A DNA stretch of 64,000 bases from Planctomycetota bacterium. GTDB lineage: Bacteria; Planctomycetota; MHYJ01; WSZJ01. A program made the translations under genes and the position numbers. Positions 46,437-55,971 of this stretch are shown here, in pieces (position 1 is the first letter of the stretch; the number at the start of each line of letters is the position of its first letter). The stretch is taken from positions 32,001-96,000 of the forward strand of contig JBBTCT010000020.1 in the NCBI GenBank assembly GCA_038060895.1. Direction: 5' to 3'. The notes under the pieces are model-generated. The model was given only the letters and a program-made list of their open reading frames with translations. It was not told where the DNA came from and searched no databases.

Positions 46437-47699
46437 TTAGACAACGACGTTGCCGCGTTTCGTTACAAGAACTGCCTGATTGATCCCGAAGTGGTAGGGC
46501 AGCTCCCTCGCGTCTTCCGCGTCCCAGAGAACGAGATCCGCGAGAAGTCCTTCCGTGATTCGCCCTCGATCGGGGAGCCGGAGAGCATGCGCGGCGTTCA
46601 CCGTGCACGCGCAGAGAATCTCTGCCGCGGTCATCTTGAGCTGCGTGGCGGCGATGGTGCCAATCACCTGGAGGGACTCGGTGTAGCACGACCCGGGGTT
46701 GTAGTCGGTGGCGAGGGCGACGGGAACGCCGGCGTCTATGAGGCGGCGGGCGGGGGCGTATTTCGGAAGGCCGAGAAAGAAGGTCGTGCCAGGGAGAAGG
46801 ATGGCGACCGTCCCCGATTGACGCATCGCGTCAATGCCCGCTTCGTCGATCGCCATCAGGTGGTCGGCGGAAGCGGCGCCTAGCTCCGCGGCGAGCTTCG
46901 CGCCGCCGAGGGTCGCGAACTCCTCCGCGTGAAGGCGCACGCCCAGGCCAGCGCGTTTCGCCGCTTCCAGGATCCGCCGCGAGTCCTCAACCTCGAAGAC
47001 GCCCTTCTCGCAGAACACGTCGCACCACTGGGCGAGTTTCTTGCTCGCGACTTCCGGAATCATGACGTCGCACAGGAGCCGGACGTACGCCGCGCGATCG
47101 CGCTTGTACTCGGGCGGAACTTCATGCGCGCCGAGGAAAGTGGACACGACGTCGATCGGGCCTTCCTCGTCGAGTTCCTTCGCCGCACGGAGCAGCTTCA
47201 GTTCGTCTTTCAGCGACAGCCCGTAACCGCTCTTCACTTCCACCGTCGTCGTCCCGTGCTCGAGCATGCGGCGCAGGGCCGGGCGCGTGCGGTCCTTGAT
47301 CTCCTTGAGCGAGGCGGCGCGGACCTGGGCGACCGACTTCGCGATGCCGCCGCCCTTCGCGGCTATTTCGGCGTAGGTGACGCCGGAGTTGCGCAGCTCG
47401 AACTCGTCTTCCCTCGTCCCGGCAAAGACAGCGTGCGTGTGCGGGTCGATGAGCCCCGGGGTGACGAGCCGGCCGGCCGCGTCGATCGTCCGCTTCACGC
47501 GGAATCCCCTGGCGGCGCCCTTTCCCACCGCGACGATCCGTCCTTCCTTCGCGACGAGGTCGCCGTGAATGAGCCCGAGCTCCCGCATCGCCGCGCCGGT
47601 GCGCGGGCCTCGAGCGTCTCCCATCGTTGCGATGAGCGCGCCCGTGACGGCGAGATCCGCGGCGGGCGGTCGCTTCTGACTCGCAACTCGCCGCTTCAT
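46437..47699 (-). CDS. hutI: Imidazolonepropionase
   Basis: PGLIDPHTH, GGGI, GTTTVEVKSGYGL, TFLGAH, DVFCE, ADHL, ALATDYNPG. Confidence 0.96.
   Translation of the reverse strand: MKRRVASQKRPPAADLAVTGALIATMGDARGPRTGAAMRELGLIHGDLVAKEGRIVAVGKGAARGFRVKRTIDAAGRLVTPGLIDPHTHAVFAGTREDEFELRNSGVTYAEIAAKGGGIAKSVAQVRAASLKEIKDRTRPALRRMLEHGTTTVEVKSGYGLSLKDELKLLRAAKELDEEGPIDVVSTFLGAHEVPPEYKRDRAAYVRLLCDVMIPEVASKKLAQWCDVFCEKGVFEVEDSRRILEAAKRAGLGVRLHAEEFATLGGAKLAAELGAASADHLMAIDEAGIDAMRQSGTVAILLPGTTFFLGLPKYAPARRLIDAGVPVALATDYNPGSCYTESLQVIGTIAATQLKMTAAEILCACTVNAAHALRLPDRGRITEGLLADLVLWDAEDARELPYHFGINQAVLVTKRGNVVV
46818..46834. promoter_or_regulatory. 17-bp palindrome copy 3, TTGACGCATCGCGTCAA (inside hutI)
   Basis: Both 7-bp arms are perfect, with A/T flanks; spelled in hutI by ATT GAC GCG ATG CGT CAA. 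Confidence 0.7.
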
Positions 47700-48910
47700 T
47701 ACCCGATCACGCGCTCAATCTCTTCGAGCGACGTTAGCCCCGCGGCGACTTTCTCCATCGCGGCGCGGTGGATCGGGAGCATCCCTTCGGCGATCGCCGC
47801 TTTACGCAGCTCGTCCTCAGGGGCCTTGTGGGTGATGAGGTCCCGGAGTCTTTCGGTGACGGTCACCACCTCGAAGACTCCGGTGCGGCCGCGGTAGCCG
47901 GTGCGTTCGCAGCTGGGGCACCCCGCGGGACCGAAGACGGGTCCGTCGAATCCCGGCGCGAGCTTCCTGATCTTCGCCTTGTCGGCAGGAACCCGGCGGC
48001 GGCATTCGCGGCAGAGGAGACGCACCAGCCGCTGCGCGATCGCGATGTTGAGCACGTTGGCGACGAGGAAGGGCTCGACACCGAGATCGACGAGGCGGGT
48101 GATCGTGGAGATGGCGTCGCGCGCGTGGACGGTCGAGAAAACCAGGTGGCCCGTCAGGCCGGCCTGGATCGCGATGCCGGCCGTGTCCGAGTCGCGGATT
48201 TCACCGACCATCAGGATGTTGGGGTCCTGCCGAAGCGTGTTCCTGAGCGCGTTCGCGAAGGTGATGCCGTGCTTCGCGTCCACCGAGATCTGCGTCACGT
48301 ACTCCAGGTGGTATTCGATCGGGTCCTCGATCGCGACGACGTTGCGCTGCTTCCTGTCCACCTCGCGCAGCATCGAATACAGCGTCGTGGACTTGCCGCT
48401 TCCCGTCGGCCCCGAGACCAGCAGCAGCCCCTGGGGTTTCACCAGGAACTCGCGCAACTGCCGCTCCGTCGCCGACGGCACGCCCAGGCGCGCCAGGTCG
48501 ATGATTTCAGGCTCCGTCTCGAGGATGCGGATCACGACCTTGTCGCCGTGCACTTCCTCGACGCTCGACACGCGGAACTCCACGGCCTTGCTCTTCACCT
48601 TCGCCGAAAACGACCCGTCCTGCATCCGCACCTTCTTCGTGATGTCGAGGTCGCAGATCACCTTGATCGCCGAGACCAGCTTCAGACCCTGCTCGATGTC
48701 CAGCTCCATCAGGTCTCGCAGGAACCCGTCCACCCGGGCGCGGACCCGGACGCCCTTTTCCTCCGGCTCGATGTGGATGTCCGTCGCACGCAGCTCGATC
48801 CCCTCGCCGATCAGGCGGCGCAGGAGCAGCGCCGTGCGGCTTCTCCTCGAAGTGTCGAACGCCTGCTCGCCGGACTTCTTGAAAACGATGACGTCTTCGA
48901 CGGGAATCAT
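47699..48910 (-). CDS. GspE/PilB-family secretion/pilus ATPase lacking the N-terminal domain
   Basis: ATDIHIEP, RVDG, GPTGSGKSTT, EDPIEY, LRQDP, GEIRD, TGHLVFSTVH, CREC...CPSC, GYRGRTG. Confidence 0.92.
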   Translation of the reverse strand: MIPVEDVIVFKKSGEQAFDTSRRSRTALLLRRLIGEGIELRATDIHIEPEEKGVRVRARVDGFLRDLMELDIEQGLKLVSAIKVICDLDITKKVRMQDGSFSAKVKSKAVEFRVSSVEEVHGDKVVIRILETEPEIIDLARLGVPSATERQLREFLVKPQGLLLVSGPTGSGKSTTLYSMLREVDRKQRNVVAIEDPIEYHLEYVTQISVDAKHGITFANALRNTLRQDPNILMVGEIRDSDTAGIAIQAGLTGHLVFSTVHARDAISTITRLVDLGVEPFLVANVLNIAIAQRLVRLLCRECRRRVPADKAKIRKLAPGFDGPVFGPAGCPSCERTGYRGRTGVFEVVTVTERLRDLITHKAPEDELRKAAIAEGMLPIHRAAMEKVAAGLTSLEEIERVIG

Positions 48911-49080
48911 GGGGAGAGTCTTGCAAAATGAAGCGGCTGCAGGCAAGTGAAGTCGGCCCGCGCGCTTCCGGCCGGGCCGTTTCCCTCGAACTCGCGCGGC
49001 CGATTTGCGTCTAACTCATTGCGCCTTGTGGCTCTGCTTCATCCGTTGCTAGAATCGCCCCCCCGTCAAGAGGGAGAACC

Positions 49081-52000
49081 ATGTCTGACGAAAATCTGCT
49101 GAACGCCGGGGAAACTGTCGGCTCCTACCGCATCGCGGAACGCATTGGCCGTGGCGGCATGGGCGAGGTTTACAAGGCGGAAGAAACGGCGCTTGAGCGC
49201 ACCGTGGCCCTCAAGGTCATGTCCGCAGCTCTCGCGCAGGACAAGACCTACGTCGATCGCTTCCGCACCGAGGCCCGCTCTGCGGCTTCCCTCGTGCACG
49301 CGAACGTCGTTCATGTCTTCGGCGTCGGCGAAATCCGCGGGCTTCCTTACATCGCCATGGAGTACATCGACGGCGAGTCGATCCAGCAGAAGCTTGTCCG
49401 GGAGAAGCGGCTTCCGCTGAGGCAGGCGGTGGAGTGGATGGTGCAGGCGACGCGGGGGCTGGAAGCGGCGGCGAAGCGCGGAGTGGTGCACCGGGACATC
49501 AAGCCGCACAACCTGCTGATCGACACGGATGGGCAGCTGAAGATCGCGGACTTCGGGCTGGCGAAGAAGGTGGACCGCGAAGTGGCGCTGACGCAGGCGG
49601 GAATTGCGCTCGGCACGCCCCTGTACATGTCGCCGGAACAGGGCCGCGGCGACGCGGTGGACTGGCGGAGCGACGTGTACTCGCTCGGCGCAACCTTTTA
49701 CCACGCCCTCGCGGGGCGCGCGCCGTTCGAGGCGGACTCGGCGCTTGCGGTGCTGACGAAACACGCGACGTCAACCCTGACGCCGCTCAACACCGTGCGC
49801 AAGGACGTGCCCCAGGCACTGTCGGCGGTCATCAGCAGAATGATGGCCAAGTCCGCCGGCGAACGCTTCGTCTCTCACGGCGCCCTCGTCGCCGAGCTTG
49901 AGCGCATCCTGCCCACTCTTCCCCACACCGCCCTCCCGGCGCCGGCAGCCATCTCGGGCGGCCTCGACGCGGACGACGCGCTGTTCGGGCGGCTGGCGCT
50001 GAAGACCGGCCTGATCAACGACCAGCAATTCAAGGGGGCGGTCGCGCTTCAGGAGAAGTTCAAGGCCGCCGGCAAGCCTCCGCGCCGGCTGGAAGAAATC
50101 CTGGTCGCGGCGAAGATCCTGACGACCGACCAGGCCACGATCCTCAAGGACCAGGGGCTTCAGCACCGGATCAACGCGCAGGAAGATGAAGAACCTGAGA
50201 GCCGGACGAACCTCGAAGTGACTGAAGTGACGAAAGCGGAGAAGGCCGCGGCGGCTGTGGCCGCCAGGGGCCCCGTCTGCCCGCTCTGCCGCCTCGCGGT
50301 CCGGCCGGAACAGGTGCAGATGAACTGCCCCGAGTGCGGGATGCTTCAGCACCGGGAGTGCATGGCGAGCTTCGGCGGATGCGGGAATGAACGCTGCTCG
50401 AAGTCGCCGAAGTCGATGGCGATGGCGGCCATGCAGGGCAGTTCGGGCGAGGGTCCCCGCGGAGCGGCCACAGGCGGCGGAGGCGGCGGGCTCGGACGAA
50501 TGGTCTTCCCGGTCCTCGGGATCGCCGCAGTCGGCGTGGTCGCTTTCCTGATCTGGCGATCGATGTCCAAGTCCGCGCAGGATCTGTACGACGAAGCCAA
50601 GAACATGGACGCCGGCGGCAAGGGCCGCATGTCGATCTTCAGCCTCGACGAGGCGAACAAGGATGTCTCGGCGGGAGCCGGGATCTCAGGCGAAGTCCGG
50701 CGCCGCCTGGAGAACCAGGTGTCGCTCTACCGCCGCGCGCTCGAGCAGGACCCGGCGATGCTGCCCGCGCGCCTCGAACTTGCTTCGTGCCTCGTGCAGC
50801 TCAGCCGCAAGCCCGAAGCGCTCAAGGAATTCGAAGCCATTCTCCTGACCGACCCGAACAACAAGGACGCGCTTCTCGGGGCCGGCTCGATCCTGTACCA
50901 GGGCGGCGATTACGGCAAAGCCCTTGACGCGCTCCAGAAAGCCGCCGAAGCCGGCGCCGGTGAGGCCTGGATGACGATTGCCATCATCTACCAGGACAAG
51001 AAGAACGAAGGCGGCAAGGCGGTCGAATCCCTGAAGAAGTATCTCGCGACCAAGGGCGACGACGGGAACGGCTGGTCCCGGCTGGCGCTCGCCCAGTTCG
51101 AGGCCGGTGACGATATCGGCGCCATCGCTGCATCGGAAAAGGCGATCCAGAAGGGCACTTCCAATCCGGGCGCCTACCTCGTCCGCGCCAAGATCGCTTT
51201 CAAGAACGGGAAGTTCGAGGAAGCGGCGCACGCGGCGATGGAAGCGGCGGAGAAGGTGCCGCAGGGAAATATTGTGCAGTCGTTCGACGCGCGGAAACTC
51301 GCGGGCCGCGCGTTCGCGAAGGCCGGCAAGCCGCAGCCTGCGCGCGAGCAGCTGATGACGGCCAAGTCCGTGAAGAACGATGACGTCGAAGTGCTGGAGT
51401 CGCTGGGCGACCTGGCGAAGGCCGCGGGCGACTGGAACGACGCCGCCAACAACTACAAAGAGGCCTACGAGCACGGAAGCGGGAAACTCGAGCAGCTCTT
51501 CCAGGCCGGATGGCTCTATTACCAGGCGCGCAACAGCCAGCCGTCCGCCAAGGCGTTCGAAGCGCTGTACCGGAAACAGGCGGACTTCAAGGACGTGCGG
51601 CTGTGGCTCGCCCGGGCGTACCTGATGGCCGGGCAGATCGACAGCGCGAGCCCCGCCGTTGCCAGGGCGCTGGAGGAGAAACCCAACGACCCTGACCGGC
51701 AGGCTCTTCGCGTCTGGGAACTCGGCCTGAAGGTGAACATCGACGAGGCGATCCGGTACGCGACCGAATGCCTGGCGAAGTCGCCCGGGAACGGCGAGCT
51801 GAATTACCGGCTGGCCTACGTGTACGACCGCGCGAAGAACCACGACCGGCGTCGCGAGTGCCTCATGGCCGCCGCCGACTCGGGCCTGGCGGACGCGATG
51901 TACGACTTCGCGGACCTCTGCCAGATTTACGGCGACCGCGTCAGCGCCATGAAGTACCTGAAGCTCTACCTGGAAAAAATGCCGATCGGCTACACCGCCG

Positions 52001-52806
52001 AGCAGGCCCGCCAGATGATCATGTCCCTGGGCGGCACGGACCCCGGGACCGGCACAACTCCCGACATCACCCCGGGATGGGTTCCGCCGCCGTCCGCAGG
52101 GTGGGAAGCGGAAGTCAAGTACGTGACGGACGTGATCGCCCAGGTCCCGAAGGTCGTCGAGGAGCCGGTGGATCGCGTCTATTTCAACCTGATGGCGTGC
52201 GTCGTGTGCTCCAACGCCCTCGGCGAGCGGTACACGGACATCACGGACGCCCACACGCTCACCAGCTACGCCGAGCTTTACCTTCGGCAGAACATCCGCA
52301 GCTACCTTCGCAACCCGGAAGACCCTTCCGAGCTCGCCACGTTCCGCACGTCGCGGGTGAAACAGCGCTTCTACGAAATCTCCGCCGCCTGCGACCGCCT
52401 CGTTCACGGGTTCGCGGCGGCCGGGAAGAAGCTCAACCCCGCTGCCGCCTCCGAAATCGATTCCTGGGACGCGCGCTGGTCCCCCCTCGACGGCAAGGAC
52501 GACTTCGACCGCCTCGCTTTCTCGCTCAACCTCTGCGTCCGCATGATCGCGGCGGCGCGGGGCGGCGCAGGGGCGGAAGCCATGGAAAAGTACGAGGCGC
52601 GCCTGACCATCGCAGAAAACCCCGTCCAGAGGTCGGTCGCTGCCGCCTACGCGCTCTGCGACCTCATGGCGAAGATCAAGCCGGATGCCGAGAAAATCGC
52701 CGCGGGCATCGACGCGGCGGACGAGGCGGCCGAAAGCGGCCTCGCACAGCTTGCCATGGGCCTTGCCAAAGCCGCGCAGATCCTGAATGTCATCAAAGCA
52801 AAGTAG
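49081..52806 (+). CDS. Membrane Ser/Thr kinase: kinase, MshEN-like helical module, RING-like Zn finger, TM, TPR array
   Basis: GRGGMG, HRDIKPHN, DFG, GTPLYMSPEQ; LFGRLALKTGLI...RLEEILV; CPLC...CPEC...H..C...GGC...C; TM VFPVLGIAAVGVVAFLIW; TPRs. Confidence 0.92.
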   Translation: MSDENLLNAGETVGSYRIAERIGRGGMGEVYKAEETALERTVALKVMSAALAQDKTYVDRFRTEARSAASLVHANVVHVFGVGEIRGLPYIAMEYIDGESIQQKLVREKRLPLRQAVEWMVQATRGLEAAAKRGVVHRDIKPHNLLIDTDGQLKIADFGLAKKVDREVALTQAGIALGTPLYMSPEQGRGDAVDWRSDVYSLGATFYHALAGRAPFEADSALAVLTKHATSTLTPLNTVRKDVPQALSAVISRMMAKSAGERFVSHGALVAELERILPTLPHTALPAPAAISGGLDADDALFGRLALKTGLINDQQFKGAVALQEKFKAAGKPPRRLEEILVAAKILTTDQATILKDQGLQHRINAQEDEEPESRTNLEVTEVTKAEKAAAAVAARGPVCPLCRLAVRPEQVQMNCPECGMLQHRECMASFGGCGNERCSKSPKSMAMAAMQGSSGEGPRGAATGGGGGGLGRMVFPVLGIAAVGVVAFLIWRSMSKSAQDLYDEAKNMDAGGKGRMSIFSLDEANKDVSAGAGISGEVRRRLENQVSLYRRALEQDPAMLPARLELASCLVQLSRKPEALKEFEAILLTDPNNKDALLGAGSILYQGGDYGKALDALQKAAEAGAGEAWMTIAIIYQDKKNEGGKAVESLKKYLATKGDDGNGWSRLALAQFEAGDDIGAIAASEKAIQKGTSNPGAYLVRAKIAFKNGKFEEAAHAAMEAAEKVPQGNIVQSFDARKLAGRAFAKAGKPQPAREQLMTAKSVKNDDVEVLESLGDLAKAAGDWNDAANNYKEAYEHGSGKLEQLFQAGWLYYQARNSQPSAKAFEALYRKQADFKDVRLWLARAYLMAGQIDSASPAVARALEEKPNDPDRQALRVWELGLKVNIDEAIRYATECLAKSPGNGELNYRLAYVYDRAKNHDRRRECLMAAADSGLADAMYDFADLCQIYGDRVSAMKYLKLYLEKMPIGYTAEQARQMIMSLGGTDPGTGTTPDITPGWVPPPSAGWEAEVKYVTDVIAQVPKVVEEPVDRVYFNLMACVVCSNALGERYTDITDAHTLTSYAELYLRQNIRSYLRNPEDPSELATFRTSRVKQRFYEISAACDRLVHGFAAAGKKLNPAAASEIDSWDARWSPLDGKDDFDRLAFSLNLCVRMIAAARGGAGAEAMEKYEARLTIAENPVQRSVAAAYALCDLMAKIKPDAEKIAAGIDAADEAAESGLAQLAMGLAKAAQILNVIKAK

Positions 52807-52815
52807 GAGGGACTC

Positions 52816-53949
52816 ATGAAGCGCTTCATGTTCGCCGTCGCTCTAGTTCTAACGGCCTCTCTCTTTGCCCGCGCCGACGTGGTCATCATGAAGAGCGGGC
52901 AGAAGTGGGAAGGCAAGGTCGTCGACGAGAACGACGAGGTGATCAAACTGAAAGTGAGCAAGGGGACGCTCACGCTCAAGAAGGCCGACATCGACCGGAT
53001 CGAAAAAGGGACGAGCGCGGTCGAGGAGTTCGAAACGATGCTGGATGCGCTGGCGCCCTCAAATCCGGCCGGCTACGTCGATGCGGCGAGGCTCTGCGTC
53101 GACAAGGGCGCCGGCGACGGCCCGACGGTCGAGCGCCTCGCGAACATTGCCATTTCGCTCGACTCCGCCCAGTGCGGGCGGGCCCAGGAAGTGATCGGGG
53201 ACTGGTATTCCGCGAAGGGCAACCGGGCGCGGGCCGCGGAGGCCTACCTCGCAGCTTTCACGGCGGACTGGAAGAGCCCTTCGATCAAGGAGAAGTTCCT
53301 GAAGCACCGCGACAGCATCGCGGACCAGCAGAAGACCCAGACGCGCCGCCTGGCGGACTCAGTTCAGCTCGCGATTGAAGGCCGTCTCGCCGAGGCCATG
53401 GCGGGCATCCAGGCGTCGTCGAACGTGCCCGGTGCGAGCCTGATTTCGACCTACGTCCCGACCTACCCGAACTTCCAGGCATTCGTGGCCGACATCCGGG
53501 CTCGTGTGCCCTGCAAGAACTGCGACGGAAAGCTGTGGACGAAGTGCATCACGTGCAACGGCGAGGGCGGTTTCAAGTGCTCGACCTGCAGCGGCACCGG
53601 CGTGAAGATAACTACCGTGAACGGCACGGTGACGAAGCGCGCGGACTGCAATTCCTGCGACGGCAAGGGGACGATCCGCTGCACGCGGTGCAAGGAGCGG
53701 ATGGGCCAGGCGAAGTGTTCGTCATGCAAGGGGATCGCGCCGAAGCGCCCGGGGGTGTGGGACCAGCGCGGGCTGGCCAACTTCAAGGCGGCAATCGAAC
53801 AGCGCCTCGAGGGCTCGGTCCCCGCCGAGGAGCAGGTGGGGCCGAAGCTGATGAGGCTTGGCACGACGACGTATGACGAGGCGTTCACGGAGGACGGCAG
53901 GATCGTGTTCTCCGGTGGAAAATGGGTGAAGCCGGACGAAAAGAAGTAG
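52816..53949 (+). CDS. Secreted protein with DnaJ-type CxxCxGxG zinc-finger repeats
   Basis: AGGAGG RBS; signal peptide; six CxxC units (CKNCDG, CITCNGEG, CSTCSGTG, CNSCDGKG, CTRC, CSSCKG). Confidence 0.85.
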   Translation: MKRFMFAVALVLTASLFARADVVIMKSGQKWEGKVVDENDEVIKLKVSKGTLTLKKADIDRIEKGTSAVEEFETMLDALAPSNPAGYVDAARLCVDKGAGDGPTVERLANIAISLDSAQCGRAQEVIGDWYSAKGNRARAAEAYLAAFTADWKSPSIKEKFLKHRDSIADQQKTQTRRLADSVQLAIEGRLAEAMAGIQASSNVPGASLISTYVPTYPNFQAFVADIRARVPCKNCDGKLWTKCITCNGEGGFKCSTCSGTGVKITTVNGTVTKRADCNSCDGKGTIRCTRCKERMGQAKCSSCKGIAPKRPGVWDQRGLANFKAAIEQRLEGSVPAEEQVGPKLMRLGTTTYDEAFTEDGRIVFSGGKWVKPDEKK

Positions 53950-53952
53950 CGC

Positions 53953-54594
53953 GTGGCATTCCTGATCATCGAATCGGGCCCGGACCAGGGCAGGAAGGTC
54001 GACCTCGGCGGGCCGCTCATCATCGGGCGGCAGGCGCGGATCGGGCTCTCGATCAAGGACACGAAGGCATCGCGCGAACACGCCCGCATTGAGCCGGCCG
54101 CCGGGAGCTACGTCGTCGTCGATCTCCAGAGCTCCAACGGCACGCTCCTGAACGGTCGCAAGGTGGAGCGCGAATTCCTCCAGGCCGGCGACCGCGTCAC
54201 CATCGGCGCCACGGTGTTCCGCTTCGAGGACGCCGACGCCAACCCCGCTTCCTCAACTCGCCCGATGAAGGAGCCGATCGGTTCGACTCCGGTTTCGAAT
54301 CCGCGCGCCCCGGGCGGGTCGTTCCACCAGGACCCGGTCACCCCCGCCACCTCGCGCCCGGCGCCCGCCCAGATCCCGGCCGCCCTTCCCGTCGCAGCCG
54401 CCGCCGAGCCCGCCATCGTCGACCGCAATGCGCCGCGCCTCCGCTACCAGGACCAGGCCCGCGGCCCTGGATTCCTCGCCATCGTCGTCTGCACCGCTAT
54501 TCTCGTCGGCCTCGTTTTCGCCTCCCGCTGGATCGGCCAGCGCGCGATCGCAAAAGCCATCCTCGAACGCAAGCAGGGACAGCAATCACCTTGA
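53953..54594 (+). CDS. FHA-domain protein with a C-terminal TM helix
   Basis: IIGR, ASREHA, DLQSSNGT, GDRVTIG; Pro-rich linker; TM segment. Confidence 0.92.
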   Translation: MAFLIIESGPDQGRKVDLGGPLIIGRQARIGLSIKDTKASREHARIEPAAGSYVVVDLQSSNGTLLNGRKVEREFLQAGDRVTIGATVFRFEDADANPASSTRPMKEPIGSTPVSNPRAPGGSFHQDPVTPATSRPAPAQIPAALPVAAAAEPAIVDRNAPRLRYQDQARGPGFLAIVVCTAILVGLVFASRWIGQRAIAKAILERKQGQQSP

Positions 54595-55733
54595 TCTACT
54601 TCGACAACAACGCGACCACTCCGCTCTGTCCCGAAGCCCTCGAAGCAGCCACAGCCGCGCTGCGCGATTGCTTCGGCAATCCCTCCTCGGCCCACGCCGC
54701 CGGCCGCAAGGCCAAAAAACTCCTCGCCGAAAGCCGCGAGAAAACCGCTTCCCTCATCGGCGCGAAACCGGACGAGATCGTGTTCACCGGAAGCGGTTCG
54801 GAGGCGGACCACCTGGCGATCCTGGGGACGTGGGAGACGGCGGCGCGGTGGAACAGCAAGAAGAAGCGGATCGTGGTGACGGGGATCGAGCACCCGGCGG
54901 TGAGGAAGACGGTGAAGAAGCTGGAAGAGGGGGGCGCGGACGTCGCGTGGGTGCCCCCGGGCCCGGGCGGGCGCGTCACGCCGGAGGCGATCGGGGACGC
55001 GCTGACGCTCGATACGCTGCTGGTGACGATCATTCTCGCGCAGAACGAGACCGGCGTGATCCAGCCGGTCAAGGAGATCGCGGCGAGGGCGCACGCGTGC
55101 GGCGCGTACGTCCATACCGACGCCGTGCAGGCGATCGGCAAGATTCCGGTGAACGTGAACGACCTCGGAGTGGACATGCTCTCGATGGCGGCGCACAAGT
55201 TCCACGGTCCCAAGGGCGTCGGCGCCCTCTACGTCCGCACCGGAACCCGCATCGGCGCGATCGCCCTCGGCGGCGGCCAGGAGCACGGCCTCCGCCCCGG
55301 CACCGAAAATCTCGCCGGCATCGCAGCGCTGGCCGCGGCGCTTGAAGCCGCGACGAAGACCCTCGACAAGGACGCCCCGCGCATCCGCGCCCTCCGCGAC
55401 CGCGTCGCGGACGGCACGCTCAAGGCCTTCCCGTCCGCCCGCTGGAACGGAGACCGCGAGCACCTCCTCCCCAACACCGCCAGCCTCTCCTTCCCGAAGC
55501 TCAAGGCCGACATGCTCCTCCTCGCCCTCGACGTCGACGGAATCTGCGTCGCGACGGGAAGCGCCTGCCACTCCGGCGCGCTCGAGCCTTCCGAGATTCT
55601 CAAAGCCATGGGCCTCGACGACGAGGCCGCAAGAAGCTCGCTCCGCGTGTCGTTGTCCAGGTTCTCGGCGGAAGCGGACGTAAGCAAGTTCCTTGAAGTC
55701 CTCCCCGAAGTCCTGAAACGTATCCAGAAGTAA
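54591..55733 (+). CDS. iscS: Cysteine desulfurase (NifS/IscS class)
   Basis: YFDNNATT, NPSS, NETG, HTDAVQ, AHKFHGPKG, PGTEN, GSACHSG. Confidence 0.93.
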   Translation: MIYFDNNATTPLCPEALEAATAALRDCFGNPSSAHAAGRKAKKLLAESREKTASLIGAKPDEIVFTGSGSEADHLAILGTWETAARWNSKKKRIVVTGIEHPAVRKTVKKLEEGGADVAWVPPGPGGRVTPEAIGDALTLDTLLVTIILAQNETGVIQPVKEIAARAHACGAYVHTDAVQAIGKIPVNVNDLGVDMLSMAAHKFHGPKGVGALYVRTGTRIGAIALGGGQEHGLRPGTENLAGIAALAAALEAATKTLDKDAPRIRALRDRVADGTLKAFPSARWNGDREHLLPNTASLSFPKLKADMLLLALDVDGICVATGSACHSGALEPSEILKAMGLDDEAARSSLRVSLSRFSAEADVSKFLEVLPEVLKRIQK

Positions 55734-55839
55734 TTTTCATTCGAAGCGCGCGAGTCGCGGACGCAGTCAGAAGCGGCCGGGGGGAGCGAGCGAAGCGAGC
55801 GATGTCCGGCCGCGAGGCCCGCGTCCGCGACTCGCGCGG

Positions 55840-55856
55840 TTCACGCACTGCGTCAA
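55840..55856. promoter_or_regulatory. 17-bp palindrome copy 4, TTCACGCACTGCGTCAA (upstream of dnaA)
   Basis: 16/17 identical to copy 1; overlaps a second perfect palindrome, GTCAAATTTGAC (55852-55863). Confidence 0.7.
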
Positions 55857-55971
55857 ATTTGACCTGCCCCAAATCCACTGCTAGATTTCCCGCGCCAACA
55901 CTGCCTGACACCTCGACTGACCGACGACGTCGAACCGCTTACCCACCTCACGACGCCCCCCAAAGGACGAT

